From the NCBI GenBank assembly GCA_964016885.1, contig OZ024758.1:10478001-10542000 (forward strand): 64,000 nucleotides of DNA, read 5' to 3'. The stretch is from Eledone cirrhosa (taxonomy: Eukaryota). Position 1 is the first letter of the stretch, and each line of letters opens with the position of its first letter. Shown here one piece after another: positions 27,984 to 42,481 of this stretch. The notes below the pieces were generated by a model, which saw nothing but the letters and a program-made list of their open reading frames with translations, searched no databases and was not told the DNA's origin. Position numbers and translations under genes: made by a program.

Positions 27984-28588
27984 CTCTCTGTAGGTTGAGG
28001 AAGATAAACAGATAAACAGAGGGAAGACAGGAACACCTACAAAATGTGTTCCTGGTGTTGGGGGTTGTTCTATACACGGGGTGTAAAACAACCCCGCAGT
28101 AGCGTTACCCCACTCCACCCCCACCCCACTCCACCCCCACCCCACTCCCCAATGGGGATTTCAATTGTTTTATTTTTTTATATATAGTTTATTGTTATTT
28201 ATCATTGTTAAAGATTTTATGTAAAACCCCCCTCCCCGCCTTGTAATGTCCCATTTTTGTACGCCCCTGTGGCAAATAAAGAAAGATATCTATCTATCTA
28301 TATATATATAGATAGATAAACTATACCTGTATGTATGCTTTTTAACGACATATATATGTTGCGATATTGTAGGTGAACCACGAGGTTATCCAATGAAATT
28401 ATGAATGTGCTGCTGTTGTATGCAATGCTATATTGCATAAAGGACCAGAAATAACGGGGGGTCGGCGCTGTCAGTTCACATTTCTTCATTCGGCCACAGA
28501 TTTCAGTTGACAGACAAAACTGTCACGTCTATTATATCTTACTCTCTCTAATTTCTTCCTTCACATTATTACTATATATATATATATG

Positions 28589-29058
28589 GTGGTTTGGCAG
28601 TGTCGGTAGAGGGTCGGACGCCATGCTTTCCAGCATAGTTACGTGACTTTACGATCTGAGTTCAAATCCCGCCGAGGTTGACTTTGCCTTTCATCCTTAC
28701 GGGGTCGATAAAATAAAGTACCAGTAATGTACTGGGTAATTGCTGGCATTGGGCCTAAAGTAGAAACAGTTTTATATATATATACGTCCCTTTACGATCT
28801 GAGATCAAATCCCGCCGAGGTTGACTTTGCCTTTCATCCTTACGGGGTCGATAAAATAAAGTACCAGTAATGTACTGGGTAATTGCTGGCCTTGGGCCTA
28901 AAGTAGAAACAGTTTTATATATATATACGTCCCTTTACGATCTGAGATCAAATCCCGCCGAGGTTGACTTTGCCTTTCATCCTTACGGGGTCGATAAAAT
29001 AAAATACCAGTAATGTACTGGGCAATTGCTGGCCTTGTGCCTAAAGTAGAAACAATTA
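28589..29058 (+). mobile_element. SINE family 1 with tandem triplication of its 3' ~143 bp
   Basis: One full copy followed by two 5'-truncated units starting acgtccctttacgatctgagatc at ~28784 and ~28927. Confidence 0.92.
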
Positions 29059-29892
29059 TTAACCTATCTCCCCCTTTCTCATGTTCTGTAGTTTACAACT
29101 TTAATGTATGAAATTGTCATGATTCTCTTATTGTTAACCAAGCGATGTTTTCAGGAGTCAACTAAAGAATAGTCAACTCCTAAGGAAACCAGAAACTCTG
29201 AATATGCAAAGGGTGTACATAAATATATTAATGGCTTACACAGAGTACAAAGATATATGTCACTCTCTGCTTTATAGTATATCAGATTTTTAAATGTGAT
29301 TTTACAAATAAATAAATAAAATGAAATGAAATAAATTAGTTTAGAACTTTAAAAAGCCTTGAGCAGTGCAGTAATTGATTTCCTTTTATTAAAATATGCT
29401 AATTGTTTTTAGGAGGGGGCGGTGTATTATTTTGTATGTGGTTATCAAAAAAACAAAACAAAAAAGTTCTAGCTATTAGTACAACTGTAGATATATTTGT
29501 ACTTTAATCAATGAATAACGAAAATTTACTCTTTTGTAATTGCTATACATAAGTATTCGTCACAGAGGTCATCAACAAAAATAGTTGTTACTTTTTTACT
29601 TGCACATATATTTCTCTTTTATTGTCGGGACATGCATTAGAAAAAAAAAAAAACCACGAAAGATTATTTAGCATTTAAATGAAAAGTTTGTGTTCTACTA
29701 CAAACACACATATTTTTAGTTCAGTGGAATCTACATAAGACATGATGTATGAAGATGTAGATGGATATAAGAAAATAATTAGTTTAGATACGCAAAGAAG
29801 GTATAGCGGCTGATGCAGCGAGTATTGTTGTCTGTTCACCGAGGTAACGCGTTCACCATCTTGTCCACGGGTGGAGCTGAATATGCAGACAA

Positions 29893-30085
29893 ACCAAGGA
29901 AATTTCACCTGTTGCCAGATGGTGTCATCGAAAGTTGCTTTGCAAGTAGATTCGGTGCAGCGACCAATGGTGGCGTCAAATTCTCTGAGGCGTTTGTCAT
30001 GAAGATGACAAGGTGCACTGCAGCTAAACGGGAAGTTTGGGGTGGGAGAAGCAGTGCTTTAGGAAGGAGAGCAGAGCGGAGCAGA
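29893..30085 (-). pseudogene. CRE-clade non-LTR retrotransposon RT thumb remnant
   Basis: Minus-strand frames give SALLSFLKHCFSHPKL..-SAPCHLHDKRLREFDATIGRCTESTCKATFDDTIWQQVKFP, matching the CRE pattern LLRxCxxxPKLxYxLRxxP...LxxFD...DxxWxQAxLP. Confidence 0.7.
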
Positions 30086-30175
30086 TCGATATTTATCGTA
30101 GAGGTGAGGTGAGCTCCTTGTACTTTTATCATACTGAAACGGCAGCTAAAATGAACATTTACATATGTTATACAA

Positions 30176-30230
<55 letters not shown>

Positions 30231-30232
<2 letters not shown>

Positions 30233-30348
30233 CCGTATGGCCTCCGTTTATTTTTGGGATTCGAAACCGATCGGTAAAGGTAACTATAGTAGGTAAAGTC
30301 AATTTTTTAAAATTTATTTTGAAACTTTTTCATTATTTGCTAAACCTT

Positions 30349-30352
<4 letters not shown>
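30231..30352 (+). mobile_element. 5'-truncated PLE-type end carrying a hammerhead 3' half
   Basis: GAAAC-cgatcg-GTA at 30263-30276 (palindromic stem III ACCGATCGGT); bounded by (TA)n on both sides. Confidence 0.55.
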
Positions 30353-30392
<40 letters not shown>

Positions 30393-30719
30393 GGTCATTG
30401 AATCGTGTGTAAATGAATTATGATTACTGGTGAACACATGCACGTGGATATGATGCCAAACGTATTATATATATCTTTGTGTGTGTGACTATTTGTACCG
30501 TTCACATGAACACAAACCTATGTGTAGCAGCGCATATAATTGGTACATATGGAGATATTTATTTGAGGTTGTACAACTGCTGGTGTGAGAAACCACAGAC
30601 GCGTGTGTCTAGATATTAATATAGGGTATGCATATATATATATACACACATATATATATATATATGTATGCGTATGATTTATTTTTTACAATTTAGCCAG
30701 GAAGGGGAGATCTAAAAGT

Positions 30720-31005
30720 CTAAAGTCTGTCTTGAGCCAGAAGGCTCATTTGGTCGGTGCTTATCACGGTTTCATGGCGTGAAGCGACTGAGAGTACAAT
30801 ACTCCCCCCCTGGACAGGACGCCAGTCCATCGCAGGGTTAAACCACCAGCTATTGCTGGTACTCACTTTCAGCTGAGTAAACTGGAGCAACGTGAAATAA
30901 AGTGTCTTGCTCAAGGAAACAACACATCACCCGGTCCAAGAATTGAACTCACAACCTTTCGATTGCAAGCCTACTGCTCTAACCACTAAGCCATGCGCCT
31001 TCACA
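30720..31005 (-). mobile_element. tRNA-derived CORE-like SINE, full length (family 2)
   Basis: Minus strand has A box tggcttagtgg, B box gagttcaattc and CORE-like ccttgagcaagacactttatttcacgttgctccagtttactcagctg. Degenerate copies at 31500-31680, 32680-32770, 44015-44260 (+) and 63440-63505. Confidence 0.85.
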
Positions 31006-32311
31006 GGAAAGGGAGGGCAGCACCCATAACTATTTTTTTAGGACTTCCAAAAATGGAATTTATCCTCATACCGAAGACCTGATCCAAATGCTTGCAACAG
31101 AATGATCTCCGTCAAAGGTATACAAAGACCTGAGGTTTAATGGTAAAGATGCTTGTCTAAGACGTCACTCAGGATCTCATGATTGGAGGACGAACTCTTC
31201 ACCATTCAGACGTGCCTGTATATCTAGACTTCACTAGCCTGCTTATCTACGATAGCATGTGGTTTCAAGGAGATCTGGCTGCTATTTTAGCAGGTTAAAA
31301 GACTGCTCAGATTTGTCCCTCTACGAATATATGTGTACTTGCTTACTACACTGTGTGAATTACAAGTTTATTAAATATCCATAAAAAAAATACGTAATTT
31401 CTATTCTAGTTGTTTGACAAATGGAGCAGCCTGCTCATAAAATAAACGTTTAAATGCCTCAGCATTCCACAGACACGTGCACTGTCTATACTCAGAGTGA
31501 ACAGTGTATGATAAGGCTGGTCTTCATACAGGTACAGCTCATTTTTGCATGATGAATTGACCGAAACAACGTGATATAAAGTGACTTGCTTGAGAGCACA
31601 GCGTATCACGAGGAATCGAACTTACAGCCACAAAATCGTGAATCGAACACTCTAATAATTAAGCTATGGCTCTTCACGTGGAGGTAGAGTAGAAAGGTAA
31701 CAGTGATAAGGGCTGTGGAGAAGTGGTGGTGGTGGTGGTAAGTGATTCCGTTTGTAGCGGTAGTTGTAAATATATTGGAAGCAATAACTGTACTAGTGGA
31801 GTGAAGTAGGCGTTGTCTGTGCTGCTTTGAGGAGTGGCGAACATTAACAGAAAAGTCTTGGAAAATAATTTTTTAATTATCAAAGGATTTTAAATAAAAG
31901 AAAAATATATTATGAAACATGATTCAAACCGAGAAAACAATTTTTTTTTAAAACAAAATCCATACAGGAAAAGGTGGTAAAAAGTATCATTGTTGTTATT
32001 TTATTATTATTAGAAATGTTATTGTTAGAGTTATTGCTGATGTTGTAATTATAAATGTTAATGTTATTGTTGCCACTAAATGTATGGTAATCTAATTGAT
32101 AAATTAATTATAATATACACACAATAGCCACAGAATTATATATACAAGCATAAACATACATATTGTAAAACTGCAGACTGATTTGTCACAAGATCATACA
32201 CACTCATTCGTAATTAGTTTATGTGCATTGCGAAGTAGTCACATATAACTGCCACCATTTGTAACATACACAGACAAATACATATCTGTAAATATATATA
32301 CATACACATGC

Positions 32312-32348
<37 letters not shown>

Positions 32349-33774
32349 TACATTTGCACACAAGTATTATAGCATATATATAAATATATATACACCCATG
32401 CATATATATATATATAAATATATACAAACCAATACATATATGTAAATATATACAGAAATACATACATGGAATGAGCTTCCGTCGGTTTTGACGATGAGTG
32501 TTCTTGATGTTTGATCAACGAGACTAGCTTAGCATTTCAGGAGAAATTCAGCATCACACATTCTGAGACAAGCTTGGCTCTTTAAATTTCAGGTACAGTC
32601 GATCCAACGGGCCTCCAAACATTTTCCGTCACCCAAATTCTTTCACAGGAGTCAGGGTGACATGAGACTATGGTAAAAGACACTTACCGCCAAAACTCCG
32701 TGCAGTGGGATTTGAACCTGGAACCTTATGACTGTGAAACAAACGTCTTGACCATTCGGCTATGCTGCGCTTTCACTTAATGAAATATGTAAATATATAC
32801 AAATACACCCCCTCCATATAAATATATATATATATACACATATATATATTATTGTATATATATATATATATACATATATAAAAATACATTGTTCTCTTAC
32901 GAGTGTACGTGAAAACAGAATTTATTACATAAATTTATATAAAACAATAGAGCAAGACTAATTCTGAAAATTAAATAATTCTTTAAACATTAAAGATTAA
33001 TAAAATGTATATTGAACTAATTTAATAAATAGCAAATCTAATAAATTCACCAATTAACGACTAATTATTGCTAAAAATTAAACAAATATAGAAGATACTT
33101 TCCCATTAAAGAGACGATGAAAGCCGTAAAAAAGTATTACCAAAAATAAGCTGATATTGTCCACAGAAAACATACCCACCACCAAACGTCGAATGGCTTA
33201 TACACAGCAACGGAACCCCTGAAAAACCATATCACCCTGTGATTGCCAAAACAATCTCTGCCAATTTTGGAGCATCCTCTTGAACTCAACTTCTCAACCA
33301 TAAGGGTCTGTATACAGTTCTCAGGTGAAGAATCTGATCACATTAGATGGATCTAACTCCACAATACCCCAAACTAGTGAATCTCCCCACACAATCTCCC
33401 ATTTTCATACCTGAAGGTTCACTAATATTTACACATATATATACCAAGTTAAAAACACCTCAGATTATTTCAAACCAAAAACGTCATCTCTTCTGACAAT
33501 TTCTCTTCATTATTCTCAAACAATTCTAATCCCGATCCACCCCAAACCTTTCAACCACACATGCTCTCTAACTCTCTCGCCCTTCCACTATCTCTATCTT
33601 TCTCTATCTCTATTACTGTCTCACCCTTTCTCTCTCTTTCTCTAGAGATATATAGTCCAATCGTTTGAAACACAGAGATCTTATTCCGAATAAGTCAGTA
33701 CCTCACCTGTAACATCCTAATGTATACCTTCCAGCATCTTAACAAAAAACCGGTGGAGCCATCCCTTGAATACT

Positions 33775-33813
<39 letters not shown>

Positions 33814-33814
33814 A

Positions 33815-34638
33815 CAGTCGAGTCCGCTTAAGAGTATACCCTCGGGAATGGAAAATAGTATACTCTTAACCGGACTATACTCTTATCCGGACTAAGTAAA
33901 AAATATTCCATAGTATTATTATTTTGAGTCTTTCAATGATTAAAAATCGCTTTATTACCGTTTAAAATGCATTTATAAGTAAAAAAAAATGAAAGTTACA
34001 CCAAAAAATTCAACAAGAATTATTGCAAATTATAATTAAATTAAGCAGTTTGCAATTTTTATTTCCTAAAAATAGTCCAAAATGCTATTTTGCACTCGAT
34101 TGCTCGCAATTTTTTTTTCAATCAATTCCTCGATCTCAGACAGAGTATAATTTTCAAAATTTTCAAACGATTGCATCATATAAGACCGTACAGTCAACAA
34201 AGCATTTATTCCTTCTTTTCCAGAGATCTAAAATATTGATAAATGATGAAAGTTATGTTAGGTACATATTAAACATATCCATATTATAAATATAAGAATA
34301 ATACATACTAACCTTTGAGTAATGGATATTTTTTGAGTAATGGATAAAGCAGAGCGTTTCAAAGACATTTTTATGACACAATAAATTATTATTTTTGTAT
34401 TTGCATATATTAAACTTTAAATTGTTTTTAGAATTGCTTTTAGGTTGTATAAATGACATCATCGCATTTCATTTTGAATTGTTTTAAAATGGTTATGTTA
34501 CATTATAAGCCCAATTTACTTTACCGTATTCATTATTCGGACTAAATTATATAGAAAATATATAAACGGGAATTGATTATGCTATACTCTTAAGCGGCCT
34601 ATACTCTTATCCGATATACTCTGAAGCGGACTCCACTG
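33815..34638 (-). mobile_element. pogo/Tigger-like DNA transposon, internally deleted
   Basis: TIRs cagtcgagtccgcttaagagtata / tatactctgaagcggactccactg, TA target on the left. The minus strand retains the transposase start MSLKRSALSITQKISI (from 34368) and the C-terminus EGINALLTVRSYMMQSFE...RVQNSILDYF. Confidence 0.85.
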
Positions 34639-37418
34639 CATATATATTTGCTGTCTTCTGTTACTTTTTCTCGATATTGTTCGTTTGGATTTCTAATATG
34701 ACACAATACGACAAATTTTAAGAGGTGTGTTATAGTTGATAAAATCGACCCCCAGTACTGAAATGTTGCTTACTTATCGACCCCTTTCCAGGAAGGGCGA
34801 AAGGGCAAAGTGGATCCCTTTGAGATTTGATCGCAGAACGTAACGAGATGTAACTAAATACAGTTAGTCACCCCCTCTCCAACTCTTCTATATTCGTTAA
34901 TATGAAGATTTTATTAATTACGTTTGAAGTATTTAATGAAACTGTTTAAGAAATATATTTTGTTGTGGAGTGGATTTCACGAATTTTTCCCACTTCATAA
35001 ATCTTTCATAAAATTGCCGATAACATTAAAATATCAATACCAGACACTCTTAACCTCAAGTCATTTAGGAATTTTCAATATGTAAATAACTTCATTAACT
35101 GTATATTTATCCAGATTGCATAAACTTCTCATGGGACGCCAACAACTTGGAAATAAAAGAAACAAATAGAAAAAAAAATATTTAGATGGAATACATCATG
35201 AACAGTGTCAGCGAGAATTTTAATATCACGCTGTGAATTACCATTTAAATACTAGTGCGCCCGTGTCGTCAATAAAGAAGTATTTAAATTTTGAAATACA
35301 GGATTGGTATGCCACATATACAAAATTACCGGATAGAAGAATTTGCGTGTTGATGACTTAATAGTTCGCATAAGAGAAACCTTATAGTTTATGTTGATTA
35401 CTGACACGTGGAAGTGATTAGAGATAAAAATGATATTTTCATCCTTTATATCTAGGTTATAATCACATAGATATTTCTAGGTCGATAAATAAAGTACCCA
35501 CTCAGTTGTTCTCTCTCTCTCTCTCTCTTCTGTTGGAAGAAATTGGCTGTGTTCAGACCTGGACAGGGGTGGGCTCCCCCAGGTTTCTAAATACCCGACA
35601 CACATCGTGTGACAGGACGACGCCACTACGGCTACAGTAGAAGTTGAGAGTACTTTATTTTCACCCCCTCCTCCACCACCACAAACAACAACAACAACAC
35701 CATCAACAACAGTATAAACAACAACAACAAATCATACAACAACAATTTCAATAGCACCATTAGTTCATAGGTTAATAAACAGCCATGCATAGAGTCGTTT
35801 TTGTCGACGGCCGTTAGATGGCGGGGCGGTCGGAAATGAAGAACGACTTTGAAGTAAGAAACAAAGAATGTATTTATTTATTTATTATTTGTTTGTTTGT
35901 GTGTTTGTTTATATATTTATATATTTGTTTATTTATTATGGTGACGGTTATTTTGTGATATTTCTTTGATACAGCCGGAAGTTGACGCCTTCTGTTGTAG
36001 ATGAGTGAAAATAAGGGAGAGAGAGAGAGAGAGAGAGGCGTGGGGGCTGGGAACTATACAACTTTCTTATCACAGATGCGGCAATCTTTCCAAACCCGAG
36101 AGAAACAACTAAGATTCAGACTGATGCAGCAAAGATTGATAATAATAATAATGATAAAACTAGCAAAACAACTACAATATTCGGAGATCGTGACCTTTCC
36201 ATTTCTGAAGAGGTCAACAGGTTCATTTGTTTATCTCCTTTTATATTTCAATTGATGTTAGAAGTGATTTCAGGGTAGAATCATAGATTTTATAAATACA
36301 TTTAATTATCATTCTAAGCGGTAGTCGTACAACACCCGTTTGTAAACCACATGCCGCAACGTGTTCGAGTCAACATGGGGGCCTTTCATTTGGTTGCTAG
36401 ATCTGCTAGAAATAGCAACCAAACCTGTTTGCCAATACGGAATATACGTTAGATAATGTCCAGGAAAAAAAAAATGATGGTATAATTACGACTCATCACA
36501 GGTCTCCTCAATTAGAGTCTACCCAGGGTTAAAGAACAAGTCTAAGTTGTGGGTAGAGATACAAACTCACAGAAAACATCAACATTTAATGGAATGGGCC
36601 TCCGTCTGTTTCAACATTGAGTGTTCCAGTTGTCTGCTCAACAATCAAGTCGAGCATCGTAGGTAACTCTCAGGGAGATTTAGCGTGATACAGTGAGTTA
36701 AAAGACTGACCCTTTAAAATGTAGCTATAGAACATACTCTACATGCTATTAGTACCATTATATAACCTATTATATGGTTGGTAGATCGATGTCTGAACCA
36801 GATCAATGGTTGTGATCCGTGTAACTACAATAATATTTACAATAATCATTGTTTAAACATCTTTTCCGTTGATAATGATATCCAGACGTAGTAACATACG
36901 CCGTCAATAAATAAGAATGAAAGACAAACTTACATAGAAAGACAGAAGAAAAAAAAACTGCATGATATGCACAAGCAGTAAGACATATGATGATAGGAAA
37001 ACAAATAGAAACAAACATAAATATCAACATATGACGAAAGAAGTGGGAAAAAGAAAAAATAATCAAAACAACAACAAAAACCCAAGAGTGAAAACTTGAG
37101 ATTAAAAGTGAAATAACATTCGCAGAGTTGGGAAATAATTCAAATCTTCAAAAGTTTCTCAAAGAATTTAAAGTAAAACATAGCAAGCTAAACTTTCCCT
37201 TTACCTTATATAACGACCATATCACGTTTCCAAAATGAGAAACTAGAAACCGGATATTGTGAAGTTTTGTACGTAAATTTCTCCACAGGACAAGTAAAGT
37301 TGCAGATTTTTTAAAGCAAGCAATTGAAGAAACAAAACTCTCTCTGGATTACTCACACACACACAGACACAAACAAGACACAAACACATACACGCACGCT
37401 GACATGTACACACACATA

Positions 37419-37763
37419 TACGGACATGCTCTAATTTAGTGCCGCATGCATACAATGAGGATGAAAAACTCAGAGCTGAATGGGAGCCTCCCAAAAGTCA
37501 GCTCAAAAGGGACACAGACGAGACTGAGGTTAGCTGGACATGCTCACCGACATCCAGAGTTGACACTGCACTCAGTGCTCCTGTGGGAGCTCCTGCCTGG
37601 ACACACTGGAAGGGGAAGACCAAGGTTAACGTATGTTGATGCCCTAAGGACAGACATTGGTCTGTTGGAGACGCAGGACATGGCAGCGATAATGAGGGAC
37701 AGAGACCGCTGGAGAGAACTCGTCCATGGATCTCGGGAATTTTACCCGCCCTAGATAGATAGA
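37419..37763 (+). mobile_element. RTE-clade LINE 3' fragment (ORF 37446-37754)
   Basis: LPKVSSK..TRLRLAGHAHRHPE...VLLWE...GRGRPRLTYVDALRTD...MRDRDRWRELV is the typical RTE C-terminus; (TAGA)n tail. Confidence 0.9.
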
Positions 37764-38599
37764 TGCATACAACCACAGACTGTTACTCACACTCATGCAG
37801 GATCTTACGCTTGAGTGTGAGTATAATGTCCATATATGTTATAACTAGAGCCGCGGATGACAGAGACAGTAGGGTATCGGACAACTGACTTAATGTTGGA
37901 CATTCGGAATCTACCACTGGTGAAACCTTTTAATTTTAAATGACCTTTTATCATGATCTGAAGGAACTCTGATCAGTACTTGACTATTGATCTTATTTCT
38001 TTCTTCGGGAATATTTCAACTAACCTGTTCTTCCATTTTTAAGGTGGTTGAGTGTGATTTGAGGAAGATGTAGCTACCATTAATGAAATTATCAACTCTC
38101 CCACCTGCTACTCATGCCCCCCTCATACTCTCTTGTTCCTTTTGTCTCCCCATTCCCCTGCTCCCCCTCCTTTGTTGTATGCAACAGGAACTATCAAGAA
38201 AGTCTCTACATGATCACTCGACCTGCTAAAATAGCAGCCAAATCTTTTTCTAATCATAGATTATTGTCGTAAAGAAAGGGTGACACGTTGAATAATATAG
38301 CCCTTGAAAAAATGATGGGATGGTCATGGCTGGAATATTTTTAATTATAGGTCTGCTCGATCATGTCTAACAGGGATCATTGCAACAACAACAACAACAA
38401 CAACAATAAGAACAGCAATAACAACATCTGCAAAAGTGGAAGCAGCATCAAATAAAAAAACAACAACAATAACAGCAACATCAACAGCAGAAATAGTACA
38501 CACGAAATCTATCTTTTAACCCCCCCCCCCCCCCAAAATGGAATAGCCTACCCTTTTAACCCATTACAAGATTATATACTTGTCTTTCTTCCACAGGTG

Positions 38600-38738
38600 A
38601 AATATGCCGTAAGGGGCGGCGTTAGTTTGAAACGATTTCGGCGCCAAAATGCTGACTTCACAGCTTTAGCTTGTCATCACAATAACCGAAAAACTAGGGT
38701 GAAATGATAAGATTTTGACGCCCTTAGAACGGCATATA
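38600..38738. mobile_element. Possible short MITE
   Basis: Terminal atatgccgt...acggcatat with imperfect subterminal aagggcg/cgccctt. Confidence 0.35.
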
Positions 38739-38776
38739 TCTTAGACGTAACCAGACAGACAGATTTGCTCCTGGAT

Positions 38777-38779
<3 letters not shown>

Positions 38780-38810
<31 letters not shown>

Positions 38811-38853
38811 AGTATATATATATATATATCATATATATATATATATACATATT

Positions 38854-38919
<66 letters not shown>

Positions 38920-39069
38920 AGTATATATATATATATATTTAAGTATATATATATATATCATATATATATATATATATATATTTAAGTATATATATATATA
39001 TCATATATATATATATATATATATATTTAAGTATATATATATCATATATATATATATATACATATTTAA

Positions 39070-39134
<65 letters not shown>

Positions 39135-39159
39135 CATACATATTTAAGTATATATATAA

Positions 39160-39196
<37 letters not shown>

Positions 39197-39253
39197 CATA
39201 CATATTTAAGTATATATATATATATATATATACATACATACATATTTAAGTAT

Positions 39254-39302
<49 letters not shown>

Positions 39303-39340
39303 CATATTTAAGTATATATATATATATATATATATGCATA
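38780..39340. repeat. (TA)n tract with tttaag units
   Basis: Direct reading. Confidence 0.95.
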
Positions 39341-39368
39341 CATACACACAAACATATATACACACACT

Positions 39369-39399
<31 letters not shown>

Positions 39400-39789
39400 G
39401 TATATATATACATACATATATATATATGTGTGTGTGTATATATGATAGAGAGAAGAAGAGAAGATGAGAGAGTGAGACTGTGTGTTAGTGATAATATAGT
39501 GTAATATTGGCATTAGTTTCATCTATGTAGTTGATGATGATGATGATGTTGATGTTGGTGATAATGATGATGATGATGATGTTGATGATGATGATGTTGA
39601 TGATGGTGATGGTGATGGTGATGGTGATGGTGATGGTGATGATGATGATCCTTGTAGACAGGGACTACTGACCAAAGAATTTCAGATAAGTGAGACGGAT
39701 TTTTAAGGAGTATTTATAGATCTTCCCGGGAAGCAAGTCATATTCTGCTTGGATGATATATGTATGTATGTATGTACACATACTACAGC

Positions 39790-40665
39790 TCACACACACA
39801 CACATAGACATACACACACACACACGGACACACATACACACACACACACATAGACATACACACACCCACACGGACACACATACACACACACACACATAGA
39901 CATACACACACTCACACGGACACACATACACACACACACACATACACATACACACTCACACGGACACACATACACACTCACACGGACACACATACACACA
40001 CACACACATAGACATACACACTCACACGGACACACACACACACACACACACATAGACATACACACACTCACACGGACACACATACACACACACACACACA
40101 CATTTAGACACAGACACACGCTGATACAGAGACCCCCCCCCCACATAGGCAGACATACACAGACACACAGATACACACACACACACATACACACACATTT
40201 AGACACAGACACACGCTGACACACAGACCCCCCTCCCCACACACATAGACACACACACACATTTAGACACAGACACACGCTGACACAGAGACCCCCCCCC
40301 ACACACATAGACAGACATACACAGACATACATACACACACACACACATAGACAGACATACACAGACATACACACACACACACATTTAGACACAGACACAC
40401 GCTGCCACAGAGACCCCCCACACACATAGACAGACATACACAGACAGACAGATACACACACACACACACACACATACACACACACACACACACTCACACA
40501 TTTAGACACAGACACACGCTGCCACAAAGACCCCCCACACACATAGACAGACATACACAGACATACACACACACACACATTTAGACACAGACACACGCTG
40601 ACACATAGACTCCCCCCACACACATAGACAGACACACACATACAGATACACACACATACACACAG
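39790..40665. repeat. CA-rich compound minisatellite
   Basis: cacggacacac units (39790-40100), then about 6 copies of catttagacacagacacacgctg...acccccc. Confidence 0.92.
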
Positions 40666-41332
40666 ATATATATATATATATACGCATATATTTACAGGAT
40701 GAATGTTTTATATGTATGTATTTGTGTGTATGTAATTATGTATGTATGTTAATATATATATACATATATGTATATATACATATATGTATATGTTAATATA
40801 TATAGTAGAGTACTACGTTGTTTCACGGGAACATATCTACACAAGATTTTAAGGACTGCCTCTGTCTATATACATACATATATGTATATATATATATATT
40901 AACATATATTAACATATATTAACGTATTTTAACGTATTTTAACCACCGCCTGAACGAAAAACAAGTGTTACGTTCTTAAGGTATATTCCTTGTCAGAAAT
41001 CATCACCAAACTTCTAAATAAACACAAGGAACACTTCTTATACACTAAAATAAATGTATGTTATACAGTTATACATACTTTTAAGAAATATTCATGAATC
41101 AATGAAATAATTATTTACATAAACATTTCAGCGCCGAACAGCCTCTCTCCTGTTTTTATAATTCCTTGACTCAATTGTAGAGAATCCTTATAAGTCGGTT
41201 TGTATTTGGACTTCTATTTCTTTGACGATCATCTCCGAGGAAAAAGACCATAGCTTCAGCTAAAAGGTAAAAAGCTTCAAAGATATCATTAGTTGTTAAA
41301 CTCTGTGGAGGTTCCATATATTTACTCACGTC

Positions 41333-42481
41333 ATCTTTGTCACCATGGTGCTGTTCTATCTATCTCCTTGTCAACATGGTTCTGTTCTATCTATCTCCTT
41401 GTCAACATGGTTCTGTTCTATCTACCTCTTTGTCAACATGGTGTTGTCTATTTATCTCCTTGTCAACATTGTGCTGTTCTATCTATCTCCTTGTCAACAT
41501 GGTTCTGTTCTATCTATCTCCTTGTCAACATGGTTCTGTTCTATCTATCTCCTTGTCAACATGGTTCTGTTCTATCTATCTCTTTGTCAACATGGTGTTG
41601 TCTATTTATCTCCTTGTCAACATGGTTCTGTTCTATATATCTCCTTGTCAACATGGTTCTGTTCTATCTATCTCCTTGTCAACATGGTTCTGTTCTATCT
41701 ATCTCTTTGTCAACATGGTGTTGTCTATTTATCTCCTTGTCAACACGGTGCTATTCTATCTATCTCCTTGTCAACATTGTGCTGTTCTATCTATCTCCTT
41801 GTCAACATGGTTCTGTTCTATATATCTCCTTGTCAACATGGTTCTGTTCTATCTATCTCCTTGTCAACATGGTTCTGTTCTATCTATCTCTTTGTCAACA
41901 TGGTGTTGTCTATTTATCTCCTTGTCAACACGGTGCTGTTCTATCTATCTCCTTGTCAACATTGTGCTGTTCTATCTATCTCCTTGTCAACATGGTTCTG
42001 TTCTATATATCTCCTTGTCAACATGGTTCTGTTCTATCTATCTCTTTGTCAACATGGTGTTGTCTATTTATCTCCTTGTCAACATTGTGCTGTTCTATCT
42101 ATCTCCTTGTCACCATGGTTCTGTTCTATATATCTCCTTGTCAACATGGTGCTGTTCTATATATCTCCTTGTCAACATGGTGTTGTCTATTTATCTCCTT
42201 GTCAACATGGTGCTGTTCTATATATCTCCTTGTCAACATTGTGCTGTTCTATCTATCCTTGTCAACATGGTTCTGTTCTATCTATCTCCTTGTCAACATG
42301 GTTCTGTTCTATCTATCTCCTTGTCAACATTGTGCTGTTCTATATATCTCCTTGTCAACATTGTGCTGTTCTATACATCTCCTTGTCAACATGGTGCTGT
42401 TCTATCTATCTCCCTGTCAACATGGTGCTGTTCTATCTATCTCCTTGTCAACATTGTGCTGTTCTATATATCTCCTTGTCA
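41333..42481. repeat. 31-bp minisatellite, ~37 copies
   Basis: Unit tctccttgtcaacatggttctgttctatcta with 30-31-bp variants; no unique spacers. Confidence 0.97.

Noticed and set aside
29813-30112. Plus-strand 99-aa ORF as a host exon
   Set aside because: Better explained as the antisense of the CRE retrotransposon remnant.
30920-31000. tRNA gene
   Set aside because: A/B boxes are present, but they head a multi-copy SINE body; no convincing cloverleaf or acceptor stem.
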